Shown: piece after piece, positions 27,534 through 36,984 of the stretch
Layout: every line of letters starts with the position of its first letter
Numbering within the stretch: the first letter of the stretch is position 1
DNA from: Thermoplasmata archaeon
GTDB taxonomy: Archaea > Thermoplasmatota > Thermoplasmata > Lutacidiplasmatales > UBA184
Length of the DNA stretch: 64,000 bases
Direction of reading: 5' to 3'
Assembly (NCBI GenBank): GCA_022750335.1
Contig: JAKIVX010000005.1
Span: 16,119-80,118, forward strand
The notes under the pieces: model-generated
What the model was told of the DNA's origin: nothing
What the model saw: the letters and a program-made list of their open reading frames with translations, nothing else
The model's database searches: none
Program-made: the position numbers and the translations under genes

Positions 27534-28427
27534 ATGCAGGCGGTCATCACCCTCGCCGGTGAGGGCACGCGCATGCTCCCCTGGAGCCGGGGGGTGCGCA
27601 AGGAGTTCCTTCCGCTCTACGACCGGGGGGAGAACGGGGCGCTCGTCCTGAAACCGGTCGCCCACTTGGTGGTGGAATCCCTCATCGAGGCGGGCGCCGA
27701 GCTCGTGACGGTCGTCGTCCAACCGCGGGACGCGGGGGCCGTGCAGTCCTACTTCACCGTCGACCACGAGTTCCTCAAGCGGCACCGCCGTCACGCCGAC
27801 CGGTTGGTCGAGACGCGACGGTTCTACGAGACGCTCGACAAGTTCCGGTTCGTGTACACCTTGCAGCCGCGCGCCGCCGGATTCGGGGACGCGGTCCTCC
27901 GGACGGAGGCGGTGATCGGCGAGAATCCGTTCCTCCTCCATGCCGGAGACGGCATCGTCGTGGAACCCCAGCGCGGCGCGGCGTTGCGCGCGATGGCGGA
28001 GCTGCGGGAACGGGAGAACCTCGACGCGGTCGTGCTGGCCCGGGTCGTGGCCGACCCGCGTCGATACGGGGTCCTCGAGGGTCGGGTCGGCCCGAAAGTG
28101 GGCCCGTATCCGCGGATCGATGTCACCCGAATAATCGAGAAGCCCGAGCATCCCAAGACCCACTGGGCCGCCGCGGCGGTCTATGTGTTTGGACCCCGTC
28201 TCTTCCCCGCCCTGGAGGCCGTTCGAAAGGAACACCGCTCCCCCGAGCTCGAGCTGACGGACGGGATCCAGCGGATGATCGAGCAGGGCGGACGGGTCGC
28301 GTCGCTCCTCCTCGGACCCCGCACCGGGACGTGGAGGTCGGTCGGCTCGCCCGAAGGGTACGGCCGTGCGCTCGAGGCCACCCGAAGGGTCGCCGTCCGG
28401 CCTCGGCCGGCGCGGGCGAACGATTAA
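27534..28427 (+). CDS. Sugar-1-phosphate nucleotidylyltransferase (UTP-glucose-1-phosphate uridylyltransferase-like)
   Basis: N-terminal LAGEGTRMLPWSRGVRKEFLPL (G-x-G-T-R-x-L-P) and EKP near the C-terminal part. Confidence 0.8.
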   Translation: MQAVITLAGEGTRMLPWSRGVRKEFLPLYDRGENGALVLKPVAHLVVESLIEAGAELVTVVVQPRDAGAVQSYFTVDHEFLKRHRRHADRLVETRRFYETLDKFRFVYTLQPRAAGFGDAVLRTEAVIGENPFLLHAGDGIVVEPQRGAALRAMAELRERENLDAVVLARVVADPRRYGVLEGRVGPKVGPYPRIDVTRIIEKPEHPKTHWAAAAVYVFGPRLFPALEAVRKEHRSPELELTDGIQRMIEQGGRVASLLLGPRTGTWRSVGSPEGYGRALEATRRVAVRPRPARAND

Positions 28428-28496
28428 GACCGTTCCGGAGATAACCGCGATTCGTGCCCCAGTGGTTCTGCCGCTAGGGATGAGGTCACACTTCCG

Positions 28497-29579
28497 ATGA
28501 AACGCCAGATGGTCGATATGCTGGCGGAGCTGATCAAGATCCCCAGCGATCCCGTGTCGGACAAGCAGGAGGTCCTGGACTACGTCCAGTCCTTCACCGA
28601 CCAGATCCACATGCGCAACACGCTCTTCGGGGATGCGCAGGCCCCGAGCCTCCTGGCCGAGTACGGCCAGGGCGGTGTGGTCCTCTCCGGCCACCTCGAC
28701 ACGCCCCCCATCGGGGACTACTGGAGCTTCTCCCAGAGCCAGCTCGCGTCGGGCCGGATGTACGGACGCGGCGCCGCCGACATGAAAGGCACCGTGGTCG
28801 CGATGCTCGAGGCGGCCCAGGACCTGGTCACGCGGAAAATCCCGATCGTCCTCGCCTTCACGACCGACGAGGAGACGACCATGCAGGGCGCGATCGCGCT
28901 CTCGAAGACCCTGCCCCTCCGGCGGGCCAAAGCGGTCGTGGTCGGCGAGCCCACGGGATTGCGGGTCGCCTACGCCGAGAAGGGCGTTCTCGACCTCGCG
29001 ATCGAAACGCGGGGGAAGGCGGCGCACGGCGCGATGCCGCACCTCGGCGAGAACGCGATCGGAAAGATGATGCGGATCCTGCGGGGGCTCGAGTCGTTCA
29101 AGGGCCGCATCGCCCATCCCGAGCTCGGCTCGGTCACAATGAACCTGGGGACGTTCCACGGCGGCAGCCGGCTGAACGTCGTGCCGAACAAGGCGACGAG
29201 CGAGGTCGACATCCGATTCCCGCCTCCGTACACTCCCGAGCAACTCTACCAGGAGGTCGAGGAGCACCTCCGCCGGATCAAGACCCCGTTCACGCTCCGC
29301 CGGATCCTGACGATGCCGGCCGTCCAGATCGACCCGAATTCCGACCACGTCCGGATCCTCCGCGAGGTCGCCCAGGCCGAGACGACGGTCCTCGTGCACG
29401 CGTCCGAAGCCGTCCACTACACCCAGGTGAACCCGCGGGTCGTGATCTTCGGGGCGGGGGAAGAGGAACTGTCCCACCAGGCGAACGAGTACGTCAAGGT
29501 CGAGGCCGTCGCACGCGCGACCGAGGTGTACAAGAAGTATGCCCAACGGCTCGCGGCGGCCCGGACCCCGGCGGCCTAG
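28497..29579 (+). CDS. M20 family metallopeptidase/deacylase (ArgE/DapE/LysK-like)
   Basis: Motifs SGHLDTPP, GRGAADMKG, TTDEETT and GEPT. Confidence 0.85.
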   Translation: MKRQMVDMLAELIKIPSDPVSDKQEVLDYVQSFTDQIHMRNTLFGDAQAPSLLAEYGQGGVVLSGHLDTPPIGDYWSFSQSQLASGRMYGRGAADMKGTVVAMLEAAQDLVTRKIPIVLAFTTDEETTMQGAIALSKTLPLRRAKAVVVGEPTGLRVAYAEKGVLDLAIETRGKAAHGAMPHLGENAIGKMMRILRGLESFKGRIAHPELGSVTMNLGTFHGGSRLNVVPNKATSEVDIRFPPPYTPEQLYQEVEEHLRRIKTPFTLRRILTMPAVQIDPNSDHVRILREVAQAETTVLVHASEAVHYTQVNPRVVIFGAGEEELSHQANEYVKVEAVARATEVYKKYAQRLAAARTPAA

Positions 29580-29629
29580 ACCGGCGGCGCCACCGGACTT
29601 ATCAGGGAATCTTCCCGGTACCCCGTCCG

Positions 29630-30808
29630 GTGAAGATCGCTCAGGTCTCGACGCGGTTTCCCCCCGGACCCGGGGGTGTCGAACGGCACGTGGCCGAGGT
29701 CGCGGCCCGTCTCGGGACGCACGGACACCGCGTGGACGTCTACACGAGCGAGCTCTACCGGGAGTTCCCCTGGCAGCGCCTGGGACCGGACGTGCCCCGG
29801 GAAGAGACCCGCCCGTTCGGGGCCATCCACCGGCTACCGGTGCGCTCGCTCCCGGGGCCGCTCCACTACCCGTTCTTGCGAGGCCTCGTGCCGGCCCTCA
29901 CCCGGGACCGGCCCGAGGTGGTGCACGTCCACACGTACGGGACCCACCAGGTGGCGCTCGCCCGCCGGTTCCGCCGGAAGACGGGGACCCCGTTCGTCCT
30001 CACAGCGCACTTCCATCCGATCTGGTCGATCGAAGGCGGTTGGATCCGCCACCGGCTCCGGGGGTTCTACGACCGTCGACTCGCCGGGCCGATCGTCCGC
30101 GACGCGTCCCGCGTGATCGTTCAAACCCACGAGGAGGAACGGCTCCTCCGGACGCTCGGCCTCGACCTCCCGAGGGTCGACGTGATCCCACCGGGGTACG
30201 CCCCGCTCGCCACCGTGGCCGCCCCGGGGTCGTTCCGCCGGCAGTACGAGATAGTCGGACCGTACGTTCTGTTCGTGGGTCGGCTCGCTTCGAACAAGGG
30301 GCTCCTTCCGCTCGTGGAGGCGTTCGCGACCCTGGCGAAGGACCATCCGGAGGCCCTGCTCGTGCTGGCCGGGGAGGACGGTGGGATGCGACCGGCGGTC
30401 GAGGCGCTCGCCCGAAGCCGGGGATTGGGCACCCGCGTACGAGTTCTGGGGCACGTCCGGGACGACGCAGTGTTGGCGGACGCCTATCGGGACGCGCGCC
30501 TCGCGGTCCTGCCCAGTGAGTACGAGGCGTTCGGTCTCGTGTTGCTCGAGGCGCTCGCCCAAGGGACCCCGGTGGTCGCCTCCCACGTGGGCGGGATCCC
30601 GGAGTTCGTTCCGGACGGGAAGGCGGGCCTCCTCGTCCCTCCGAACGACGCAGTCGCGCTCGCCCGAGCGATCGAACAGGTCTGGACCGACGAGACTCTC
30701 GCCCACCGGATGGGCGCGTTCGGTCGGGACGAGGTAGTTCCGCGGTACACCTGGGACCGACTGGTCGCCCAGCTCGAGCTCGTCTACCAGGACGTGGTGT
30801 CCCGGTGA
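29630..30808 (+). CDS. Glycosyltransferase family 4 (GT-B fold)
   Basis: 392 aa. C-terminal E-x7-E region LPSEYEAFGLVLLEALAQGTPVVA. GTG start. Confidence 0.85.
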   Translation: MKIAQVSTRFPPGPGGVERHVAEVAARLGTHGHRVDVYTSELYREFPWQRLGPDVPREETRPFGAIHRLPVRSLPGPLHYPFLRGLVPALTRDRPEVVHVHTYGTHQVALARRFRRKTGTPFVLTAHFHPIWSIEGGWIRHRLRGFYDRRLAGPIVRDASRVIVQTHEEERLLRTLGLDLPRVDVIPPGYAPLATVAAPGSFRRQYEIVGPYVLFVGRLASNKGLLPLVEAFATLAKDHPEALLVLAGEDGGMRPAVEALARSRGLGTRVRVLGHVRDDAVLADAYRDARLAVLPSEYEAFGLVLLEALAQGTPVVASHVGGIPEFVPDGKAGLLVPPNDAVALARAIEQVWTDETLAHRMGAFGRDEVVPRYTWDRLVAQLELVYQDVVSR

Positions 30809-31959
30809 AGATCGCCCAGGTGGCGCTGAGGTTCGACGCGCCGGGCGGCGTGGAGACGAACGTCCGGGAGGTGTCGCGGCGGCTCTTGGCGGCGGGCGAG
30901 GAGGTCGAGATCTTCGCGAGCGACCTCTACGACGAGGCGAGTTGGGACCGGCGGAGCGGCTACGCCCCCGTCGTCGACGGGGTTCCGGTCCACCGGTTTG
31001 CCGTCCGCAAGCGACTGATCCCCCGGTTGACGCTGCCGCTCATGATCGGCCTCATGGACGCCCTCTCCGAGCGCCGTCCGCAAGTCATCCACGCCCACTC
31101 GCACCGGTACGGCCACGTGCTCGAGGCGGCCCTAGTGGCCGATCGACGCAACATCCCTCTGGTCGTTTCTACGCACTACCACCCGGCGGACCGTCGGGAA
31201 CGCCCGTGGACCCGCGGGCTCCTCCGCATGCAGGATGTCGGATTTGGGGCCACCGCCTACCGGATCGCCCGCGCGCTCATCGTGGAGACCGAACTCGAAG
31301 CTCGGCTGGTGCGCGCGTTCGCTCCCGCGGACCGGATCCGGGTCATCCCTCCGGGCATCGACCTCGCGGCGTGGTCCGACCCGGTCGGGGACATCCCACC
31401 CCCGGGGTTGCCGGACGAGTATCTCCTGTTCTTCGGCCGGGTGGCTCCCAACAAGGGGTTGCCGTTCTTGGTCGAAGCGTTGGCGCGACTCCCACCCGCC
31501 GCTCGCCTCCCCCTCGTCGTGATGGGACCCGACTGGGGAGAACGGACGGCGCTGGAGGCCCAGGCCCGATCCCTCGGCCTCGAGGGCTCGGTGCGGTTCC
31601 TGGGGCATGTCAGCCCCGACGGAGCGGTTCGGGCCGTGATCCGGGGCGCTCGGGCGTTGGTACTTCCGTCCGAATGGGAGGCGTTCGGGCTCGTGCTGTT
31701 GATGGCGATGGCCGCCGGCACTCCGATCGTCGCGACCGGCGTCGGAGGTGTGCCCGAGGTCCTGGACCACGGACGCGCCGGGTTACTCGTCCCGTACGCC
31801 GACCCGGTCGCGCTCGCCGACGCCCTGGGCCGCCTAACGGACGAACCCGGCCCAACCCATGAACGGGTCCGGGTGGCCCGCGAACGCGTCCAAGCGTTCG
31901 ACTGGTCGGTGACGGTCGAGCGTCACCGGGCCCTCTACCGCGAGGTCGCGAGCGGCTGA
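30805..31959 (+). CDS. Glycosyltransferase family 4 (tandem paralog)
   Basis: 384 aa. Motif LPSEWEAFGLVLLMAMAAGTPIVA. It has the same GTGAAGATCGC start context as the upstream GT4 gene and overlaps it by 4 nt. Confidence 0.85.
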   Translation: MKIAQVALRFDAPGGVETNVREVSRRLLAAGEEVEIFASDLYDEASWDRRSGYAPVVDGVPVHRFAVRKRLIPRLTLPLMIGLMDALSERRPQVIHAHSHRYGHVLEAALVADRRNIPLVVSTHYHPADRRERPWTRGLLRMQDVGFGATAYRIARALIVETELEARLVRAFAPADRIRVIPPGIDLAAWSDPVGDIPPPGLPDEYLLFFGRVAPNKGLPFLVEALARLPPAARLPLVVMGPDWGERTALEAQARSLGLEGSVRFLGHVSPDGAVRAVIRGARALVLPSEWEAFGLVLLMAMAAGTPIVATGVGGVPEVLDHGRAGLLVPYADPVALADALGRLTDEPGPTHERVRVARERVQAFDWSVTVERHRALYREVASG

Positions 31960-32088
31960 ACGCGGACCCGTCTCAAGGAGGGCTGCGGTCGAGGCGACGG
32001 AGCTCGGCCCCGAACTGCTCGCGATCAAGGTCGGGAACCGGCCCGGCGCGGGCGATGGCCTGGAAGACCCGCCCGAGCCAGCGGAGGA

Positions 32089-33222
32089 TCACGCGGCCCC
32101 CCGTTGTTCAGCGTACTCGCGGACGATCTCGAGACCGGTCCGGAGCTTCTCCCGCGAGGCGGCGAACGACAGGCGCAGGTGCCCGGCGCCCAACGAACCG
32201 AACGCGTCCCCCGGCGTCGTGATGACGCCGCGCTTGAGAAGCGCGTGGGCCGAATCCGTCGCGGTCTCTCCCCAGTCGAGCTTCGGAAAGACGTAGAACG
32301 CACCGGCCGGTGGGACCACCCGGACACCGGGCATCGATTTCAGGAGCCGGTCCACGAGCGTGCGGCGACCGCGAAACTCGCGCACCATCGCGCGGGTCGC
32401 GGCGTCGCCCGCCTCGAAGCCGGCGAGGATCGCCACCTGGGCGGGCGTGGGAGGGCAGGCCATGATGTGGTAGTGGATCTTGTTGAGCTCGACCGCGAGC
32501 GGCTTGGACGCGACCAGGAACCCGAGGCGCCAGCCGGTGACGGCGAACGTCTTGGAGAACGAGTTCACGATGATCGTCCGGTCGTTCCGGCCCCAGAACG
32601 AGGAGAATTTGCCGTCGTAGACGATCTCCTCGTAGACCTCGTCCGAGACGATCGTGAGGTGGTGACGGTCGGCGAACTCCACGATCTTCTCGACCGTCGA
32701 CTCGGGGAACATCGAGCCGGTCGGGTTGGAGGGGCTGTTCACGACGATCGCCCGCGTCTTGGGGGTGACGAGGTGCTCGAGGGCATCGAGGTCCGGCTGG
32801 AACTTCCGCCGTTCGATGAGCGGGTACGGGACGGGGACCGCGCCGGCGAGACGGGCGTGTGGTCCGTAGAGGACGAATCCGGGGTTGGGTACCAGGACCT
32901 CGTCCCCCGGGTCGTAGAGGGTGAGCGCGACGGTCATGAGGGCCTCGGAACCGCTCGCGGTGACGATCACGTTCTCCCGGACCGTCTTCGGGTCGCGTCC
33001 CGCGTACCGCGTGGCGATCCGCTCCCGCAGCGCGGAGAGCCCGGCGCTCGGGCCGTAGTGATTTCCTCCATTCTGGACCGAATGGCAAAGGGCCTCGACC
33101 ACCTCTCGGGGCGGGTCGAAGTCGGGTTCGCCGAGCCCCAGGTTGATCGAGTTGGGGGGGGCGGATTCGAACATCCGTCGGATCCCGGAGATCTCGACTC
33201 GCCGGGTCCGGTCGGCGACCAT
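32089..33222 (-). CDS. Pyridoxal phosphate-dependent aminotransferase, class I (aspartate aminotransferase-like)
   Basis: 377 aa. Motifs NLGLGEPDF, NPSNPTG and SFSKTFAVTGWRLG (PLP lysine). Confidence 0.9.
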   Translation of the reverse strand: MVADRTRRVEISGIRRMFESAPPNSINLGLGEPDFDPPREVVEALCHSVQNGGNHYGPSAGLSALRERIATRYAGRDPKTVRENVIVTASGSEALMTVALTLYDPGDEVLVPNPGFVLYGPHARLAGAVPVPYPLIERRKFQPDLDALEHLVTPKTRAIVVNSPSNPTGSMFPESTVEKIVEFADRHHLTIVSDEVYEEIVYDGKFSSFWGRNDRTIIVNSFSKTFAVTGWRLGFLVASKPLAVELNKIHYHIMACPPTPAQVAILAGFEAGDAATRAMVREFRGRRTLVDRLLKSMPGVRVVPPAGAFYVFPKLDWGETATDSAHALLKRGVITTPGDAFGSLGAGHLRLSFAASREKLRTGLEIVREYAEQRGAA

Positions 33223-33359
33223 TCTCGCTGCGACGGGGGTCCCCCTCTTTATCGTTGCCGCCGGCGTGCTAGTCCGCGTCGCCGGCCCCCGCGTCCGCCC
33301 GAGGTCGTGCCCGGCAAAGGTTTAGGTCCGACTTCCACCTGAGAGAGCGGAGGAGCGAC

Positions 33360-35612
33360 GTGGCCCGGATCCTGATCGGCGTCGCGTGGCCGTACGCCAA
33401 CGGTCCCTTCCACCTCGGTCACCTGGCGGGCGCCTACCTACCGGGTGACATCTTCGCGCGGTTCCACCGGCTGCGCGGCGACGAGGTGCTCCTAGTCTCG
33501 GGCTCGGACATGCACGGAACGCCGATCCTCGTGGCCGCGGAGAAGGAGGGCACGACTCCGGCCGCGGTGGCCGACCGGTATCACGAAATCAACCGCGCGG
33601 CGTTCGAACGGCTGGGTTTCACGTTCGACTGCTACACGACCACCCACACGGTCGTCCACGAGAAGACCGTTCAGGAGGTTTTCCTCACGCTGCTCGAGCA
33701 CGGCTTCGTCGCCCGGAGGACGGAGGAGAGCCCCTATTGCCCGAACCACCGCCGTTTCCTACCGGACCGGTACCTGGTCGGAACCTGCCCCCATTGCGGC
33801 TTCGAGAGCGCGCGGGGGGATGAATGCGACCGGTGCGGCCGCCCGCTCGAGGCGCGGGAGTTGGGGAATCCCCGGTGCCTCCTGTGCAATACGGCCGCCG
33901 AGTTCCGCGCGACCGAGCATTTCTACCTCCTGCTGGACAAACTGCAGCCCCAACTCTCCGAGTACGTGGGGCGGCAGGACCACTGGCGAGGGGGAACGCG
34001 TCGGGTCGCCACGAACTTCCTGCAGGAGGGTCTCCACCCGACCCCCATCACGCGCGACTTGGACTGGGGCGTGCCGATCCCGTTGGAGGGTTACGCGACG
34101 AAACGGTTCTACGTTTGGTTCGAGGCGCTCATCGGATACCTGTCGGCGTCCAAGGAGTGGGCGATCCGGGCCGGTCGACCGGACGCGTGGCGCCGGTACT
34201 GGGCCGAGGGCGAGGTCGTTCGGCCGTACTACTTTATCGGAAAAGACAACAAGTTCCACCACACCATCCTCTGGCCGGGGATCCTGTTGGGTGTCGGGGG
34301 CCTCGCGCTCCCCTACGACGTGCCGGCGAACGAGTGGCTGCTCATCGATGGGAAGAAGGCGTCCAAGTCCCGGGCCACCGATTCGGACGCATTCATCCCG
34401 TCCCTCCTCGAACACTACGCTCCGGATGTCATTCGGTTCTACGGAGCGCTCCTCGCGCCGCAGAATCATGACACGGAGCTCGATTGGAAGGAATTCCAGA
34501 AGCTACGGGACGAGGTCCTGGCCAATCAGTACGGCAATCTCGTGCAACGCGCGCTCGTCCTCACCCGCGACCGGTACGGCGGTCACGTTCCCTCGCCCCC
34601 TGACGGTTGGACCTCGGCCGACCCCGTCGGCGTGGGGGCCCGGCTGACCCAGGCGCATGCCCGCATCACCGCGGAGTTCGAAGCGGTTCACCTCAAGGAA
34701 GCGTTGGACCTCGCGCTCGAGGAAGTGCGGGAGGCGAACCGCCGGTTCCACGAGGCCCGCCCGTGGCAACTCACCGACCCCGAACGAGCGCGCGTGATCT
34801 TCGAGACTCTCTGGACGATCCGGGCCCTGGCGACCTGGCTCTCCCCCGTCCTCCCGTTCTCCTCGACCGAGACGTTCCACATGCTCGGCTTCTCGGACGG
34901 ACCGTCGGCGGGGGATTGGGAGCGGGCGCTGCACCCGGTCCCCGCCGGGCAGGCTCTCGGGGAGATCCGGCCCCTGTTCCCGAAACCGGCCCCCCCGGAA
35001 GGGTCCAGCGCGACCGCGGGGGCTCCGGCGTCGGGCGCGGCACCGCCCCTCGCGGTGCGTGCCGGCGTGATCGTCCGGGCCGATGCCCATCCATCGGCCG
35101 ACCGACTCCTCGTCCTGGCGGTGGATGCGGGGGAGGGAACGCCGAGGTCGATCGTCGCGGGGATCCGAGCCTACTACGCCCCCGACACGCTGGTCGGGCG
35201 ACGGATCGTGTTCCTCTCGAACCTCGCGCCTCGAACCATCCGGGGGGTCCCGTCCCAGGGGATGATCCTGGCGGCGGACGCCGGCGGTCGTCCGGTGCTA
35301 CTCGAGCCACCGGTGGAAGTCGCCCCGGGGGAGTTTGTGGCGGGTCGGTCTGCGGCGGACCGCACGATCACCCACGATGAATTCGCGTCCTACACCCTTA
35401 CGGTCGGTCGGTCGACGGAAGAATCCGGCGACCTCGGCTCCCGGGTCGACCTCGGGACGATCCAGCTCGAGGTCGGAGAAAAGTGGCCTATGGGGACCGC
35501 GCTCATCGTTGTCCGTCAGGGTGACGCCCCCGAGGGAATCGTCCTCGAGTTCGGCCCGGGACGACCGGTGGCACCCAGCGAACCGATCGCGGTCGGGGCG
35601 ACCGTTCGATGA
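33360..35612 (+). CDS. metG: Methionine--tRNA ligase with a C-terminal tRNA-binding (Trbp111/EMAP-like) domain and an extra tail
   Basis: 750 aa. HIGH-type PYANGPFHLGHL, zinc knuckles CPNH...CPHCG and CDRCG...CLLC, KMSKS-type KASKSR. tRNA-binding OB region VRADAHPSADRLLVLAVDAG...SQGMILAA. About 85 further residues are of unknown affinity. Confidence 0.95.
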   Translation: MARILIGVAWPYANGPFHLGHLAGAYLPGDIFARFHRLRGDEVLLVSGSDMHGTPILVAAEKEGTTPAAVADRYHEINRAAFERLGFTFDCYTTTHTVVHEKTVQEVFLTLLEHGFVARRTEESPYCPNHRRFLPDRYLVGTCPHCGFESARGDECDRCGRPLEARELGNPRCLLCNTAAEFRATEHFYLLLDKLQPQLSEYVGRQDHWRGGTRRVATNFLQEGLHPTPITRDLDWGVPIPLEGYATKRFYVWFEALIGYLSASKEWAIRAGRPDAWRRYWAEGEVVRPYYFIGKDNKFHHTILWPGILLGVGGLALPYDVPANEWLLIDGKKASKSRATDSDAFIPSLLEHYAPDVIRFYGALLAPQNHDTELDWKEFQKLRDEVLANQYGNLVQRALVLTRDRYGGHVPSPPDGWTSADPVGVGARLTQAHARITAEFEAVHLKEALDLALEEVREANRRFHEARPWQLTDPERARVIFETLWTIRALATWLSPVLPFSSTETFHMLGFSDGPSAGDWERALHPVPAGQALGEIRPLFPKPAPPEGSSATAGAPASGAAPPLAVRAGVIVRADAHPSADRLLVLAVDAGEGTPRSIVAGIRAYYAPDTLVGRRIVFLSNLAPRTIRGVPSQGMILAADAGGRPVLLEPPVEVAPGEFVAGRSAADRTITHDEFASYTLTVGRSTEESGDLGSRVDLGTIQLEVGEKWPMGTALIVVRQGDAPEGIVLEFGPGRPVAPSEPIAVGATVR

Positions 35613-36289
35613 CGGACGGCCTCCGGCTCGACCTCCACGTCCATTCCCGTCACTCGCCCGATTCCCGGTTGACGATCGAACAGATCGTCGAGCGGCTCCC
35701 GTACACCGGGCTGAGGGGGTTCGCCTTGACGGACCACAACTCGACACGCGGGCATGCCGAACTGGCCGCCCTCGCCCGGGTCCATCGGTCCTACGTGTTC
35801 CTTGCGGGCGTCGAGGTGTCCACGGCGGAGGGACACCTACTGGCCTACGGGGTCACGGAGGCCCCTCCGGCTCGGCGGCCGATCGAAGAGACGATCGAGT
35901 GGGTGCGCGCCCACGGAGGAGAGCCCGTCCTCGCCCACCCGTTCCGATGGACCCATGGGGTCGGGCCGCAGGTGACAGCCGTCGCCCAGGTTCCCGCGAT
36001 CGAGGTCCGGAACGGGCATAACTCGGAGGTGGCGAACGCGCGGGCCGAACTGGTCGCCGCCCGACGCACCCTCGGGATGACCGGCGGAAGTGACGGTCAC
36101 GCGATCCCCGAGATCGGGCGCGCCTTCACCCAGTTCCCGGAGGAGGCCCGCACGACGGACGACCTCTTGGAGGCCCTCCGCCGGGGGCGTACTCTCGCCG
36201 GAGGGCGCTCGCTCCGCTTCCCCGGCCGGGTGCGTCTCGGGCTGACGACCGGTACGAAGTTCCTGACGCGGGGCCTTCGGAGCCTGTAG
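35609..36289 (+). CDS. PHP domain metal-dependent phosphoesterase
   Basis: Motifs LDLHVHSRHSPDS, TDHNS, AHP and GGSDGH. It overlaps the metG stop by 4 nt. Confidence 0.8.
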   Translation: MTDGLRLDLHVHSRHSPDSRLTIEQIVERLPYTGLRGFALTDHNSTRGHAELAALARVHRSYVFLAGVEVSTAEGHLLAYGVTEAPPARRPIEETIEWVRAHGGEPVLAHPFRWTHGVGPQVTAVAQVPAIEVRNGHNSEVANARAELVAARRTLGMTGGSDGHAIPEIGRAFTQFPEEARTTDDLLEALRRGRTLAGGRSLRFPGRVRLGLTTGTKFLTRGLRSL

Positions 36290-36334
36290 TGGCTCCCCGA
36301 GGGCTTTAAGGCGAAGGCTCTTGGCCCCGACCGC

Positions 36335-36407
36335 GCCAAGGTGGCAGAATGGTTAATGCGACGGACTGCAGATCCGTTTCCTGGGGGTTCGATTCCCTCC
36401 CTTGGCT
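36335..36407 (+). tRNA. tRNA-Cys(GCA)
   Basis: Hand-folded: GCCAAGG-TG-GCAG-AATGGTTA-ATGC-G-ACGGA-CTGCAGA-TCCGT-TTCCT-GGGGG-TTCGATT-CCCTC-CCTTGGC-T. 73 nt. Confidence 0.9.
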
Positions 36408-36446
36408 CATGGTCCCACCTCCTTCACCGCGTCGCTTCGGTCCCGC

Positions 36447-36764
36447 CTAACGTTCGGGTGTGCGGAGGAGTTCCTTGACCCGTGGGAGCTTTCGGTAGAA
36501 CCCCGGGCGGGCACCAAACCCCCCGATTTTCACCGCGTTCCCGTCGACGAGATAGAACATTCGGAAACCACCCACCCTCATCGACCACACCGGAGTCACG
36601 ACTCCGGGAGGAGGAGAAAGTTGGGACACCTCGTACCCCGGCCCAGCCGAGAAAGGGTTGGTCGCCATCCGTCGAATGGCCCGCTCGTACACGGAGCGTA
36701 CGTGCGGCGGCAGTTGGAGAAACTCCGCTTCCGCCTTTCGATGCCGAAGCAGGCGATACTGCAC
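36447..36764 (-). CDS. RelE/ParE superfamily toxin
   Basis: The ORF 36447..36782 was trimmed to the GTG at 36764, one nt after the antitoxin stop. Pattern ...LPPHVRSVYERAIRRMATNPF...VWSMRVGGFRMFYLVDGNAVKIGGFG matches the RelE/ParE w.lRvG.yR..Y core. Confidence 0.6.
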   Translation of the reverse strand: MQYRLLRHRKAEAEFLQLPPHVRSVYERAIRRMATNPFSAGPGYEVSQLSPPPGVVTPVWSMRVGGFRMFYLVDGNAVKIGGFGARPGFYRKLPRVKELLRTPER

Positions 36765-36765
36765 G

Positions 36766-36984
36766 TCAGAGGCCCCGTGCACGGCGGGCCTTGGATTCCG
36801 CGAGCATTCCTTCGGTCGACTCGAAATCCTCGGATCGGAATCGCTGGTTGAGTTCCGCCCACGTCAGCCGATTCGGGTGCGCGGCGAGCAGCATTGTGAT
36901 GACGTCGTCGTAGGTCTCCTCGCCCGTCTTCAGCATCCCAAGAAGCCTGCGGGTTCGCTGACTCACGGCGACAGTAGTGCTCAT
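36766..36984 (-). CDS. Putative antitoxin, VapB-type (PF02697/DUF217-like)
   Basis: 72 aa. TTVAVSQRTRRLLGMLKTGEETYDDVITMLL resembles the archaeal tI.vs.e.y..L...k...eSfSdvI..Ll antitoxin family. It sits immediately upstream of the toxin. Confidence 0.55.
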   Translation of the reverse strand: MSTTVAVSQRTRRLLGMLKTGEETYDDVITMLLAAHPNRLTWAELNQRFRSEDFESTEGMLAESKARRARGL

